This document shows positions 48,747 through 58,017 of a stretch of 64,000 bases of DNA, piece by piece. The translations under genes and the position numbers were made by a program. Origin of the DNA: an uncultured Chloroflexia bacterium (lineage in GTDB: Bacteria > Chloroflexota > Limnocylindria > Limnocylindrales > CSP1-4); contig CAVXPZ010000004.1 of NCBI GenBank assembly GCA_963763775.1, positions 263,451 through 327,450 on the forward strand, given 5' to 3'. The notes under the pieces are model-generated. The model did not search any database. It saw only the letters and a list, made by a program, of their open reading frames with translations, and was not told where the DNA came from. Position 1 is the first letter of the stretch, and the number at the start of each line of letters is the position of its first letter.

Positions 48747-48772
48747 CCGTCCTCTTTCGGCATGGACGAATG

Positions 48773-50377
48773 TCATCCCACCGACGTCAGCGCGGGGCCC
48801 GAGGCGGCGACCGGGCCTGAGGCGGCGACCGGGCCTGACTCGCCATGGCCCGAGGCGGTCTCCACGCCCGATGCCTCGAGCGCCCGGTCCGGCAGCCAGA
48901 TCAGGGCCACCAGGGCACCCGCGACCGCGAACCCGATGCCGATGAGCGAGGTCGTCGACATCGCGTCGACGAACGCCGCGCGTGCCGACTCCAACAGCGC
49001 CAAGCCGGCCTCGCCGCCGATCGTCCCGGCGACCGCGGCCGCGCCCATGAGGGAGTCGCGGGCCGCTGCCGCGGCATCGGGCGGCAGCGCAGCCGTCGAC
49101 GCGGCCATGGCCGAGGCGTACATCGCCGCGAAGAGGCTGCCCAGGATCGCGACGCCGAACGCGCCACCGATCTCGCGGACGGTGTCGTTCACCGCCGACC
49201 CCACGCCGAATTGCTCCTTGGGAAGGGCGCCCATGATCGCGTCGGTGGCCGGCGTCATCGCGAGGGCGATGCCCGCGGCGAGGACGAACAGCACCAGCCC
49301 GACGTGAAGGTCTGACGACGCCACGCCCACCGTGGCCAGGAGGCCCATCCCCGCGGCGACGACCAGCAGGCCCGTGGCGGTCGTGATCCGCGCTCCGAGG
49401 GACGTCGTGGCCTTCGCGGCGATCGGCGAGACGGCGATCACGCCGATGGCGATCGGGATGAACCGGAGACCCGTGTCGAACGCCGACAGCCCGAGCACGC
49501 CCTGGAGGTACTGCGTCAGGAAGAACAGCGCCCCCATCAGCGAGAAGAAGACCAGCGTGACGCTCAGGCTGGCGGCCGTGAAGCGCGGGTTCTCGAACAG
49601 GTGGACGTCGAGCATCGGGAATTCCACGCGACGCTCCCACGCGAAGAACAGGCTGAGCAGGACCGCCGCGGCCGCGAGCGAGCCGATGATCACGGGGTCG
49701 GTCCAGCCCCGCGATGGGATCTCGATGATCCCGTAGACGAGCGTCACGAGGCCGCCGACCGAGAGGATCGCGCCGACCGGGTCGAGCGGCACGCGGCCGG
49801 GAGCACGGGACTCGGGGATGATCGCCAGAGCCGCGACGATGCCGACGATGACGAACGGGATGTTGACGAGGAAGACGGACCCCCAGGCGAAGTGCTCGAG
49901 CAGCCAGCCTCCGAGGACCGGGCCGACCACGATGCCGAGGCCGCTCACCGACGACCAGACGGCGATCGCCTTCGGGCGCTCGTCGGACTCGAAGACGTCG
50001 CCGATGATCGACAGCGTCGAGGGCATCGTGAACGCGGCTCCGAGACCCATGAAGGCCCGCAGCAGGATCAGCTGGTCGGCTGTCTGGACGAACGGAGCGA
50101 ACGCGGACCCGATGCCGAACAGCGCCAGACCGACCACCAGCGCCCGCCGGCGGCCGTATCGATCCGACAGGGCGCCCGCGACGAGCAGCATGCCGGCGAA
50201 GACCAGGACGTACGCGTCGACCATCCACTGGAGCTGGCTGGACGTGGCGGACAGGTCGCGGGCGAGCGTCGGCAGCGCGACGTTGAGGATCGTGTTGTCA
50301 AGGCTCACGCCGAACAGCGCGAGGATGAGGACGCCGAGGATCCACCATCGGCGTGCGTGGACCTGGGTGCGGGTCAT
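48773..50377 (-). CDS. DHA2 (EmrB/QacA, 14-TMS) MFS drug/proton antiporter
   Basis: ATG 50377 (MTRTQVHARRWW). LDNTILNVALPT and LSDRYGRRR motifs. The frame is intact. Confidence 0.9.
   Translation of the reverse strand: MTRTQVHARRWWILGVLILALFGVSLDNTILNVALPTLARDLSATSSQLQWMVDAYVLVFAGMLLVAGALSDRYGRRRALVVGLALFGIGSAFAPFVQTADQLILLRAFMGLGAAFTMPSTLSIIGDVFESDERPKAIAVWSSVSGLGIVVGPVLGGWLLEHFAWGSVFLVNIPFVIVGIVAALAIIPESRAPGRVPLDPVGAILSVGGLVTLVYGIIEIPSRGWTDPVIIGSLAAAAVLLSLFFAWERRVEFPMLDVHLFENPRFTAASLSVTLVFFSLMGALFFLTQYLQGVLGLSAFDTGLRFIPIAIGVIAVSPIAAKATTSLGARITTATGLLVVAAGMGLLATVGVASSDLHVGLVLFVLAAGIALAMTPATDAIMGALPKEQFGVGSAVNDTVREIGGAFGVAILGSLFAAMYASAMAASTAALPPDAAAAARDSLMGAAAVAGTIGGEAGLALLESARAAFVDAMSTTSLIGIGFAVAGALVALIWLPDRALEASGVETASGHGESGPVAASGPVAASGPALTSVG
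48795..48838. repeat. 18 bp tandem duplication (about 2.4 copies) in the MFS C-terminal tail
   Basis: GGGCCCGAGGCGGCGACC, GGGCCTGAGGCGGCGACC and GGGCCTGA. Encodes repeated GPVAAS. Confidence 0.6.
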
Positions 50378-50397
50378 GTCGTGCGGGCTCCTTGCTC

Positions 50398-50464
50398 GTA
50401 CACTGTTCGAGTCGGGTCGACGGGGAACGTTACTAGTACACTGTGCGAGCGTCAAGTACACTGT
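50398..50464. promoter_or_regulatory. three GTACACTGT operator-like motifs in the TetR/MFS divergent intergenic region
   Basis: GTACACTGT occurs at 50398, 50436 and 50456. The third lies in the palindrome AGTACA-c-TGTACT. Confidence 0.45.
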
Positions 50465-50525
50465 ACTGGACAGACGTACGTCGTACGACTGCGACGGATG
50501 ACGTAGCTGGAGGCGACGGAACGCG

Positions 50526-51305
50526 ATGCCCACCGACCGACGCCGCGAGCGACTGGGCGACCTGCCCTGGGCGTCCCCGGCGGCGACCGACGGCCGGGCG
50601 CCCCTGACCCGCGAGGAGATCGTCGTCGCCGGTATCGCCTTGCTCGATCGGGAGGGGCCCGATGCCCTCTCGATGCGCCGCCTCGGCAAGGAGCTCGATG
50701 CGGGCGCGACGTCGCTCTACTGGCATGTCAAGGACAAGGACCAGTTGCTCGACCTGATCGTCGATGCCGTCATCGGCGAGGTGATGGGCGAGGTGACGCC
50801 GGATCCCGCCAGCCCGTGGCGGGATCGACTTCGTGACCTCGCGCGCGCGGTGCGTCAGGTCCTGATCCGCCACCGCAACGTCGCGCCCCTCCTCGGCGAA
50901 CGGCCGACGATCGGCCCGGCCGCGCTCGATGCGGCCGAGTACACCATGGCGATCCTGCGCGACGCCGGGTTCGACGACCGCGCCACCTCCATGGCCTCTG
51001 GCGCGCTGATCAACTATGCGGCGGGTTTCGCCCTGTTCGAGTCGAAGAACCCGGGTGGCGCGGACTCGCCGGAGGCACGCGCCCAGGCCGAGGCGATCAT
51101 GGCCTACTTCCGCGGTCTCCCACCCGATCGCTACCCGACGCTGCTGGCGATCGCGGACCAGTCCATCACCGAGGACGAGCAGTTCGACTACGGCCTGGAC
51201 CGGCTCCTGGACGGCCTCGAGGCCGACCTCAAGAGCGGCCCCGCGAACCCGGCGCGGAGAGATCCCGCCGAGGACCGCGGCCCGAATACGATCCTGACGC
51301 ACTGA
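50526..51305 (+). CDS. TetR-family transcriptional regulator
   Basis: HTH (LSMRRLGKELDAGATSLYWHVKDKDQLL) and a TetR C-terminal domain. Divergent from the MFS gene. Confidence 0.9.
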   Translation: MPTDRRRERLGDLPWASPAATDGRAPLTREEIVVAGIALLDREGPDALSMRRLGKELDAGATSLYWHVKDKDQLLDLIVDAVIGEVMGEVTPDPASPWRDRLRDLARAVRQVLIRHRNVAPLLGERPTIGPAALDAAEYTMAILRDAGFDDRATSMASGALINYAAGFALFESKNPGGADSPEARAQAEAIMAYFRGLPPDRYPTLLAIADQSITEDEQFDYGLDRLLDGLEADLKSGPANPARRDPAEDRGPNTILTH

Positions 51306-51440
51306 TCCGCCGGCGCCCGACCAGCCTGCCGGCCGCAACGCCGACGTGATGCGAACCGGTCGGGACGAAAGGACACCGGAGCACCGAATTCGTAGGATGG
51401 ACGTCCGGGAGGCCACCGTCCCGACCCACGAGGTCCCGCC

Positions 51441-52316
51441 ATGTCGTTCGATCCCGGCGCGCAGCTCGATCCATCACAGGTCACCGACCGGCGCGGCATG
51501 GGCCGGAACGGCGGGATCGCCATCGGCGGAGGCGGGATCGGCCTGATCCTGATCCTGGCGTACACGCTGCTCGGCGGGAACCCGAACGACATCTCGGGCC
51601 TGCTCGAACCGGGCGCGGTGACCGGCGCGGGGCCGGCGAGCTCAGCCCTCGCGACGGACTGCAAGACCGGGCAGGACGCGAACACTCGCGACGACTGCCG
51701 GATCCTGGGCTATGTCAACAGCATCCAGGCCTACTGGTCGACTGAGTTCGGTCAGTCGTCGAGCGGCCGTTACCAGCCGGCGAACACCGTGCTCTTCAGC
51801 GGCGCCATGGACAGCGGCTGCGGCACGGCCAGCGCGGCCACGGGCCCGTTCTACTGTCCGCCGGACCAGCTCGTCTACCTCGACCTCGGGTTCTTCGACG
51901 AGCTGCGGTCGCGGTTCGGCGCCACCGGCGGGTCGTTCGCGCAGGGCTACGTCGTCGCGCACGAGTACGGCCACCACGTCCAGGACCTCCTCGGCATCCT
52001 CGGCAGCCGTGCCGCGACCGGGACCGGAGCCACCGGCGGCTCCGTCCGCACGGAGCTCCAGGCCGACTGCCTCGCGGGCGTCTGGGCCAACCACGCGGAG
52101 GCCGGCATCCTCGCCCCGCTCACGGACGCCGAGATCGCCGACGGCCTCGATGCCGCGGCCGCCGTCGGCGACGACCGGATCCAGGAGGCCGTGAACGGCC
52201 AGGTCGACCCCGAAGGGTGGACCCACGGGTCCGCGGCCCAGCGTCAGAAGTGGTTCACGATCGGCTACGACGGCGGCACCGCCGGGGACTGCGACACGTT
52301 CAGCGGCGGTCTGTAG
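51441..52316 (+). CDS. YpfJ-like neutral zinc metallopeptidase
   Basis: N-terminal TM segment, GPFYCP motif and HEYGHHVQ zinc site. Confidence 0.85.
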   Translation: MSFDPGAQLDPSQVTDRRGMGRNGGIAIGGGGIGLILILAYTLLGGNPNDISGLLEPGAVTGAGPASSALATDCKTGQDANTRDDCRILGYVNSIQAYWSTEFGQSSSGRYQPANTVLFSGAMDSGCGTASAATGPFYCPPDQLVYLDLGFFDELRSRFGATGGSFAQGYVVAHEYGHHVQDLLGILGSRAATGTGATGGSVRTELQADCLAGVWANHAEAGILAPLTDAEIADGLDAAAAVGDDRIQEAVNGQVDPEGWTHGSAAQRQKWFTIGYDGGTAGDCDTFSGGL

Positions 52317-52382
52317 GCGCGCACCCGGCAGAACGCCCGGCACCCGCCCCATCCCAGCACCGGTGGGCCGGCCGACCCTGTC

Positions 52383-53003
52383 CTATCCGACCGGGAGCAG
52401 GTCGGCGAGCCGCCGGTCCGCGCTCGCGATCGCCTCGGCCGGATCGCCGCCACGACGGGGGACGGCGATCTCGATGCGGATGTCGCCCGTGGCGAGGGCA
52501 TCGTCGGCGTGCCGGTACGCCCGTTCGATCCGGGAGGCCAAGTGCGCGGCTTCGTCCTCGTTCGTCTCGGGCAGCATGACCAGGAAGCGCTCGGGCGCCG
52601 AGCGCACGGCCCGGTCGGTCTCTCGAGCCTCGCGGCCGAGGACCTCGGCGAACCGGACGGCCAGCCCGTCCGAGCCGGCCGTGGTGGCATCGACCGTGAG
52701 GTCCACCACGAGGATCGCCAGCGCTCGCCCATAGCGAGCCTGTCGGGCGCCTTCGTGCCGGAGCGCCTGCGCCCATTCGGCGCTGCTGTCGAGGGCCATC
52801 GACGGCCGTCGGTGGTAGCGATGGGACCGGGTCCGTCGACGGCGGACCTGCGGACCGTCGAGGAATGCCTCGATCCGGTCGGCGGCCTCCTCCTCGTGGT
52901 GATGCTCGGGGAGGGTGAACTTCGGCGAGCGGCGGACTCTCGGCGCGGCGGCGGGCCGGACGGCGGGCGCCGGCGTGGGGGTCTCGTCGTGCGCCTCGGT
53001 CAT
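52383..53003 (-). CDS. GGDEF-like domain protein with degenerate active site
   Basis: ATG 53003. ALAILVVDL...RSAPERFLVMLPET has APERF where GGDEF is expected. The N-terminus is basic and disordered. Confidence 0.55.
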   Translation of the reverse strand: MTEAHDETPTPAPAVRPAAAPRVRRSPKFTLPEHHHEEEAADRIEAFLDGPQVRRRRTRSHRYHRRPSMALDSSAEWAQALRHEGARQARYGRALAILVVDLTVDATTAGSDGLAVRFAEVLGREARETDRAVRSAPERFLVMLPETNEDEAAHLASRIERAYRHADDALATGDIRIEIAVPRRGGDPAEAIASADRRLADLLPVG

Positions 53004-53094
53004 CGGGTCAAGGATACCGGCGCTCGCCCTTGACCGCCCCGGCGCCCGGACAGGCGGGCTCCCGTGGCTCCACGCGGACGACCGACCTCCAGGA

Positions 53095-54015
53095 TCAGCC
53101 GAACGAGGACGCCCGTGCGGCTCCGGCAGCGACGCGCGCCTCGAACCGCTTCGCGGCCTCGTCGAGGCTGGCCAGGTGCTCGGCGAGGCGTTCGCGTGCG
53201 GCCTCGGCCGCCGCATCGAGGCCGGTCAGCTCGAAGATGCCCCAGTGCTTGATGATCGGCAGCAGGACCTCGTCGCGGTGGATCCGCAGGTCGTAGATGC
53301 CGGCCTTCGCGATCTGGGCGGCCTTGCGCATGAAGCCGGGGATCCCGGCGCCCGGCATCTCGAAGGCGAGCACCTCGTCGACGATCGCGCGGACCGCGGC
53401 CGACGGATAGAGCTTGAGCGCCGCCCCGAGGATGTCGCGGTAGAACACCATGTGCAGGTTCTCGTCGGCGGCGATCCGGACCATGATCCGGTCCGCGACC
53501 GGGTCGTCGGAGTAGCGGCCGGTGTTCCGGTGCGAGATCCGCGTGGCCAGCTCCTGGAACGCGACGTAGGCGAGGCCGCGCAGCGGGTCGGGCGACTTCC
53601 GGTCGTAGCCCTGCTGGAGCTGGGTCATGCGGCCGCGCTCGAGCAGGATGGGATCGATGTTGCGGGTGACGGTCAGGTAGTCGCGCAGCACGATCGCGTG
53701 CCGGCCCTCCTCCGCCGTCCAGCGGCCGATCCAGTTGATCCACGCCCCATCGCCGCTGCCGAACATCCCGTGGATCAGCCGGTGGTACGAGGGCAGGTTG
53801 TCCTCGGTGAGGAGATTGACCTCGAACGCCGTCTGCGCGACGCCCGTCAGGCGTGGCTGCTCGGGTGTCCACGGGTCCTTGTCGAAGTCGCGCCCCAGGC
53901 GGTACGGGATGTAATCGTGGGGGAACCACTCCTGGGCCACCGCCGCGTGTCGGTCGTAGAGCCGGCCCGCCTCGGGTTCGAGCTCGATCAGGAGGGCGCG
54001 CTCGTCATAGGTCAT
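53095..54015 (-). CDS. acyl-ACP desaturase (soluble di-iron, DesA-like)
   Basis: NLLTEDNLPSYH, WTAEEGRHA and AADENLHMVFY di-iron motifs. Confidence 0.9.
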   Translation of the reverse strand: MTYDERALLIELEPEAGRLYDRHAAVAQEWFPHDYIPYRLGRDFDKDPWTPEQPRLTGVAQTAFEVNLLTEDNLPSYHRLIHGMFGSGDGAWINWIGRWTAEEGRHAIVLRDYLTVTRNIDPILLERGRMTQLQQGYDRKSPDPLRGLAYVAFQELATRISHRNTGRYSDDPVADRIMVRIAADENLHMVFYRDILGAALKLYPSAAVRAIVDEVLAFEMPGAGIPGFMRKAAQIAKAGIYDLRIHRDEVLLPIIKHWGIFELTGLDAAAEAARERLAEHLASLDEAAKRFEARVAAGAARASSFG

Positions 54016-54106
54016 GCCGGTAGGCTAGCCGTCGACCGCGTTCGCGTCTCGTGAGACCGGTGCGGACCTGCACGGGCCCTCGGCGGTCTCGGGTAGGCTC
54101 TGCGCG

Positions 54107-54892
54107 ATGCGGACCGTGAAGGCGACCCGATACGTGACGGCCCTGCGCGAGGGCGGCTCGCTGCCGGGGCTCGTCGAGGCGGACGACGACGGCCTCTACG
54201 TCGTCAAGTTCCACGGTGCCGGCCAGGGTCCGCGCGCCCTCGTCGCCGAGTGGCTCGGCGGCGAGATCGCCCGGGCGCTCGGTCTCGCCGTGCCCGACCT
54301 CGTCGCGGTCGATCTCGACCCGGCGCTCGGCGACGCCGAACCGCACCAGGAGATCCAGGACCTCGTGCGCGCGAGCGGCGGCCTGAACCTGGGGCTCGAC
54401 TTCCTGCCCGGGGCGCTGATGTTCAACCCGGCGTCGGCGACGTCCCTCGCGGCGATGGACCCGGAGACCGCCGCATCGATCGTGTGGCTGGACGGGCTCA
54501 TCACGAACCCGGACCGGTCCGTCCAGAACCCGAACCTGCTCGTCTGGCACGGTCGGACCTGGCTCATCGACCATGGTGCCGCCCTCTACATCCACCACAC
54601 GTGGCGCGACCCCGAGGCACACGCCAGGCGGCCGTTCGACCGGCTCGCGGGCCACGTCCTGCTGCCGTTCGCTGGCTCGCTCGCCGATGCCGACGCTCGC
54701 CTCGCCGGACGCGTGGACGCCGCGCTCCTGCGCGACCTCGTCGACCAGATCCCCGATGTCTGGCTGCCGTCGGATCCGCTCGGCGGCGACGCCGCGTCGC
54801 AGCGCCGACGATACGTCGACTACCTCGGCCGCCGGCTCGAGGCGCCGCGACCGTTCGTCGAGGACGCCGAGCGTGCCCGTGCCGCCGCATGA
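54107..54892 (+). CDS. HipA-like serine/threonine kinase family protein
   Basis: 261 aa. GQGPRALVAEWLG, a catalytic-loop-like NPDRSVQNPNLLV, and LIDHGAAL. Confidence 0.75.
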   Translation: MRTVKATRYVTALREGGSLPGLVEADDDGLYVVKFHGAGQGPRALVAEWLGGEIARALGLAVPDLVAVDLDPALGDAEPHQEIQDLVRASGGLNLGLDFLPGALMFNPASATSLAAMDPETAASIVWLDGLITNPDRSVQNPNLLVWHGRTWLIDHGAALYIHHTWRDPEAHARRPFDRLAGHVLLPFAGSLADADARLAGRVDAALLRDLVDQIPDVWLPSDPLGGDAASQRRRYVDYLGRRLEAPRPFVEDAERARAAA

Positions 54893-54923
54893 CCAGGACG
54901 CCGGGGTGAGCGGCGTGGGCCCG

Positions 54924-55319
54924 ATGAGCAGCGACCCGTCGGGGCGTGATGTCTTCCAGTACGCGGTCGTCCGGGTGGTCCCGCGCGTGGAACGCGGTGA
55001 ACAGCTCAACGTCGGTGTGATCCTGCTGTGCCGGGGCCGGCGCTATCTGGGGGCGAAGGTCGTCCTCGACGAGCGGCGGCTCAGCGCCCTCGCGCCGGAG
55101 CTCGATCTCGATGCGATCCGTCCGCATCTCGACGCGATCGAGCGGATCGCCGCCGGCGACCCGACGGCCGGGCCGATCGCCCGGCTGGACGCCGCCGAGC
55201 GGTTCCACTGGCTCGTCTCGCCCGCGAGCACGATCATCCAGCCATCGGAGGTCCACACGGGGCTGAGCGACGACCCGGCTCGCGAGCTGGACGACCTGGT
55301 CGAGAAACTGGTCCGGTAG
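54924..55319 (+). CDS. DUF3037 protein
   Basis: ATG 54924, with an alternative GTG at 54906. FQYAVVRVVPRVERGEQLNVGVILLC...RFHWLVSPASTIIQPS. Confidence 0.75.
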   Translation: MSSDPSGRDVFQYAVVRVVPRVERGEQLNVGVILLCRGRRYLGAKVVLDERRLSALAPELDLDAIRPHLDAIERIAAGDPTAGPIARLDAAERFHWLVSPASTIIQPSEVHTGLSDDPARELDDLVEKLVR

Positions 55320-55340
55320 GGAGGGAGCCCCGGCGCGCGA

Positions 55341-55721
55341 TCAGGCGGCGAGATCGTCCGCGATGACCTCGATCATCGGCGCGTAGGCGGTCATGGTCGC
55401 GGGATCCTGGTTCCGCCACGCGTGCGTGCTGATCCACTCCGCGAGCCACTGCCGCTCGACGGGATCCGTGATGACCCTGGCCGTCGCCGGGACGTCGGCC
55501 ACGACCGGACCCTTCAGATGGACGACCACTCGCGGATCCGCCTCGAGATTGAGGAGCCACGCTCGCTTGCGGTCGGCCCGAGGCATGCCCGAGATGTAGA
55601 TCCGGCCATCGATCACGTGGTCGACGATCTCGATGCGCCTCGGCTGACCCGTCTTGCGGCCGATGGTGGTGATGTCGATCGTCTGCCCGTGCCGCAATGC
55701 GCGGCTGACCTGTTCGTCCAT
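55341..55721 (-). CDS. nitroreductase-family deazaflavin (F420H2)-dependent oxidoreductase (DUF385)
   Basis: 126 aa from ATG 55721. TTIGRKTGQPRRIEI...ISGMP...AWLLNLEADPRV. Confidence 0.8.
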   Translation of the reverse strand: MDEQVSRALRHGQTIDITTIGRKTGQPRRIEIVDHVIDGRIYISGMPRADRKRAWLLNLEADPRVVVHLKGPVVADVPATARVITDPVERQWLAEWISTHAWRNQDPATMTAYAPMIEVIADDLAA

Positions 55722-55828
55722 GGCGGGGGTCGTGCTCCTCGTCCGCTGTTTGGTAGTTGCGAGAGCAACTAGCCTACGTCGGACGCCGCGGTCGCGCAAA
55801 CACCGGGTAGCGCCTGCTCGGGCGGGAC

Positions 55829-56404
55829 TCAGCCCTTGGCGGTCTTCGCCGCCTTCGCCTCGGCCTTTCGTGCGCGCTTGCCGGCCTGGTACGCGGCCAG
55901 CGACTCCGGCGAGTCGACATCGGCCAGCGTCGGGTTCGTGGTCACGACCGCCTCCCAGCCGGTCGGGTGGACGCCGAACCGTTTGGTCAGGATCGCGACC
56001 AGGGTCTTCGCCTTCATGTCGCCGATGCCGGGCAGACCGAGCAGGCGCGCCTCGAGATCCTTGCCGGTCGCGGCCTCCGACCACACTCGGCCGGCGTCGT
56101 TGCCGTACTCGTCGGCGATCGCCCGGCACAGGTCCTGGACGCGCGTCGCCATCGCGCCAGGGAACCGGTGGAGCGCCGGCGGCTTGCGGAACACGGCGTC
56201 GAGGTCGGCCGGTTCCATGCCGGCGATCTTCGCGGCATCGAGATGCCCGAGCCGTCGCTGGAGCTCGAGCGGGCCGCTGAACGCCTTCTGGACGGTCACC
56301 TGCTGGTCGAGCTCGAAGCCGATGAGCAGGGCGAGCGGGTCGGTCGCGAGGAGGCGGTCCGCCTCGTCGTCACCGGTGAACGGCAGTCGGTCGATGGTGG
56401 TCAT
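55829..56404 (-). CDS. HhH-GPD-type base-excision DNA repair protein
   Basis: 191 aa from ATG 56404. LLGLPGIGDMKAKTLVAIL hairpin-helix motif and a Lys/Ala-rich tail. Confidence 0.8.
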   Translation of the reverse strand: MTTIDRLPFTGDDEADRLLATDPLALLIGFELDQQVTVQKAFSGPLELQRRLGHLDAAKIAGMEPADLDAVFRKPPALHRFPGAMATRVQDLCRAIADEYGNDAGRVWSEAATGKDLEARLLGLPGIGDMKAKTLVAILTKRFGVHPTGWEAVVTTNPTLADVDSPESLAAYQAGKRARKAEAKAAKTAKG

Positions 56405-56440
56405 GGCGGCATGGTAGCCCGCGCTGCTACCCTCCGGACG

Positions 56441-57691
56441 ATGGCCCTCGACCCCCGCCGCCCTCGCCTCATCGCCGCACGCCACCTCCTCGATGTCGCG
56501 ACCGGGTCGTGGCTCGACGACCGTCGGATCCTCGTCGCGGCGGATCGGATCGAGGCGGTCCTCGGACCCGGCGATCCGGTGCCCGACGACGCCCTGCCGA
56601 TCACCGTTCGCGGCGACTGGGTCGTCCCGGGTCTCATCGACTGCCACAGCCACCAGATCGGCGAGATGGAATACGCGGGCATCCCGGCGATCGACGCCTC
56701 CCCCGCGCAGGAGGCGATGAGCGGCGTCCGCAACGCCCGCGACACGCTCCGAGCCGGGTTCACGACGGTGCGCGATGTCGGCACGTTCTGGGCGTTCGTC
56801 GACGTGGCGCTGCGAGATGCCATCGACGCCGGCTGGACGCCCGGACCCCGGATGCAGTGCGCGGGCGCCTACATCACGTGCCCGGGCGGCGGCGGCGAGG
56901 TCACGGGCGACGCCCCGTCGATGCGTCTGCCGGACGGGCTCCGGTTCGGCGTGGTCCGCGATGCGGACGAGGTCCGCGCCAGGGTCCGGGCACTGGTCGC
57001 CGGCGGCGCCGACGTCATCAAGTGCATCGTCACGGGCGCGGTCCTCACGCGCGGCACCGACCCGGATGCCGTGGAACTCGCCGAACCGCTGGTCCGTGCC
57101 GCCGTCGAGGAAGCCGCGGCGCATGGCCGGTTCGTGGCCGCCCACGCCCACGGCACCGAGGGGATCAAGGTCGCGATCCGCGCCGGCGTCCGGTCGATCG
57201 AGCACGGGTCGCTCATCGACGACGAGGGGATCGCGATGCTCGCCGACACGGGGACCTACTGGGTTGCCGACGTCTATGACGGCGACTGGATCGCCGAGGA
57301 AGGCCGCCGGTCGGGTTGGCCAGCCGAGACGATGGCGAAGAACGAGGCGACCACCCAGGCCCAGCGCGACGGGTTCTCGAAGGCCGTGGCCGCGGGCGTC
57401 CGGCTCGCCTACGGCACCGACAGCGGCGTCTACCCGCACCGGATGGTCGCGATCCAGCTCGGCTACCAGGTCCGGTTGGGTCAGACGCCCGCGGAAGCGA
57501 TCCGCTCCGCGACCCTGACCGCGGCGGAGTGCCTCGGCTGGGACGACCGCGTCGGATCGTTCTCGCCGGGCCGCTTCGCGGACCTCGTCACCGTCGACGC
57601 GGACCCGCTGACCGACATCGAGGTCCTGCGCCGGCCGACGGCGGTCATGAAGGGCGGCGAGCTGGTGGACCTGGGAGCGGTCAGCGACTGA
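56441..57691 (+). CDS. metal-dependent amidohydrolase family protein (intact)
   Basis: ATG 56441. GLIDCHSH, AAHAHG, SIEHGS and YGTDSG motifs. Confidence 0.9.
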   Translation: MALDPRRPRLIAARHLLDVATGSWLDDRRILVAADRIEAVLGPGDPVPDDALPITVRGDWVVPGLIDCHSHQIGEMEYAGIPAIDASPAQEAMSGVRNARDTLRAGFTTVRDVGTFWAFVDVALRDAIDAGWTPGPRMQCAGAYITCPGGGGEVTGDAPSMRLPDGLRFGVVRDADEVRARVRALVAGGADVIKCIVTGAVLTRGTDPDAVELAEPLVRAAVEEAAAHGRFVAAHAHGTEGIKVAIRAGVRSIEHGSLIDDEGIAMLADTGTYWVADVYDGDWIAEEGRRSGWPAETMAKNEATTQAQRDGFSKAVAAGVRLAYGTDSGVYPHRMVAIQLGYQVRLGQTPAEAIRSATLTAAECLGWDDRVGSFSPGRFADLVTVDADPLTDIEVLRRPTAVMKGGELVDLGAVSD

Positions 57692-57950
57692 CCGCCGATC
57701 GGCGACCGGACCGCGAGCCCGTCCGGGATGGGCCGGGGATCATCGCGGATCCGAGCGCGATCAGCCCACGACCCAGTCGAAACCGCACCCGCAGCACCGG
57801 CCCGACGTGGACCCCGGCGGCTGAGCCATCCGGACCGTCCACCGTCCGGACGCGGTGGCGCTCGTCGTGGAAGCCCGCGATCCGATCGCTGACGGTCTCG
57901 AAGGGCAGGTCGAACGTCGAACGGGCTGGTTCCGGGGACAGGCAGGACAT
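57681..57950 (-). CDS. doubtful hypothetical protein
   Basis: GAGGAG lies 7 nt before ATG 57950. No family was recognised, and the C-terminal half is R/G/S-rich like a shadow ORF. Confidence 0.3.
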   Translation of the reverse strand: MSCLSPEPARSTFDLPFETVSDRIAGFHDERHRVRTVDGPDGSAAGVHVGPVLRVRFRLGRGLIALGSAMIPGPSRTGSRSGRRSAVSR

Positions 57951-58017
57951 CAGGGCACTCCTCACGTGGTGGCCGGGGCGTCGAGTCGGCGCTGGACGCG
58001 GGACGAGACGGACTCGT

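Noticed and set aside
48795-48838. 18 bp tandem duplication as a regulatory element
   Set aside because: It lies in frame within the C-terminal cytoplasmic tail of the MFS transporter (GPVAAS repeats). It is most simply a slippage duplication with no regulatory role.
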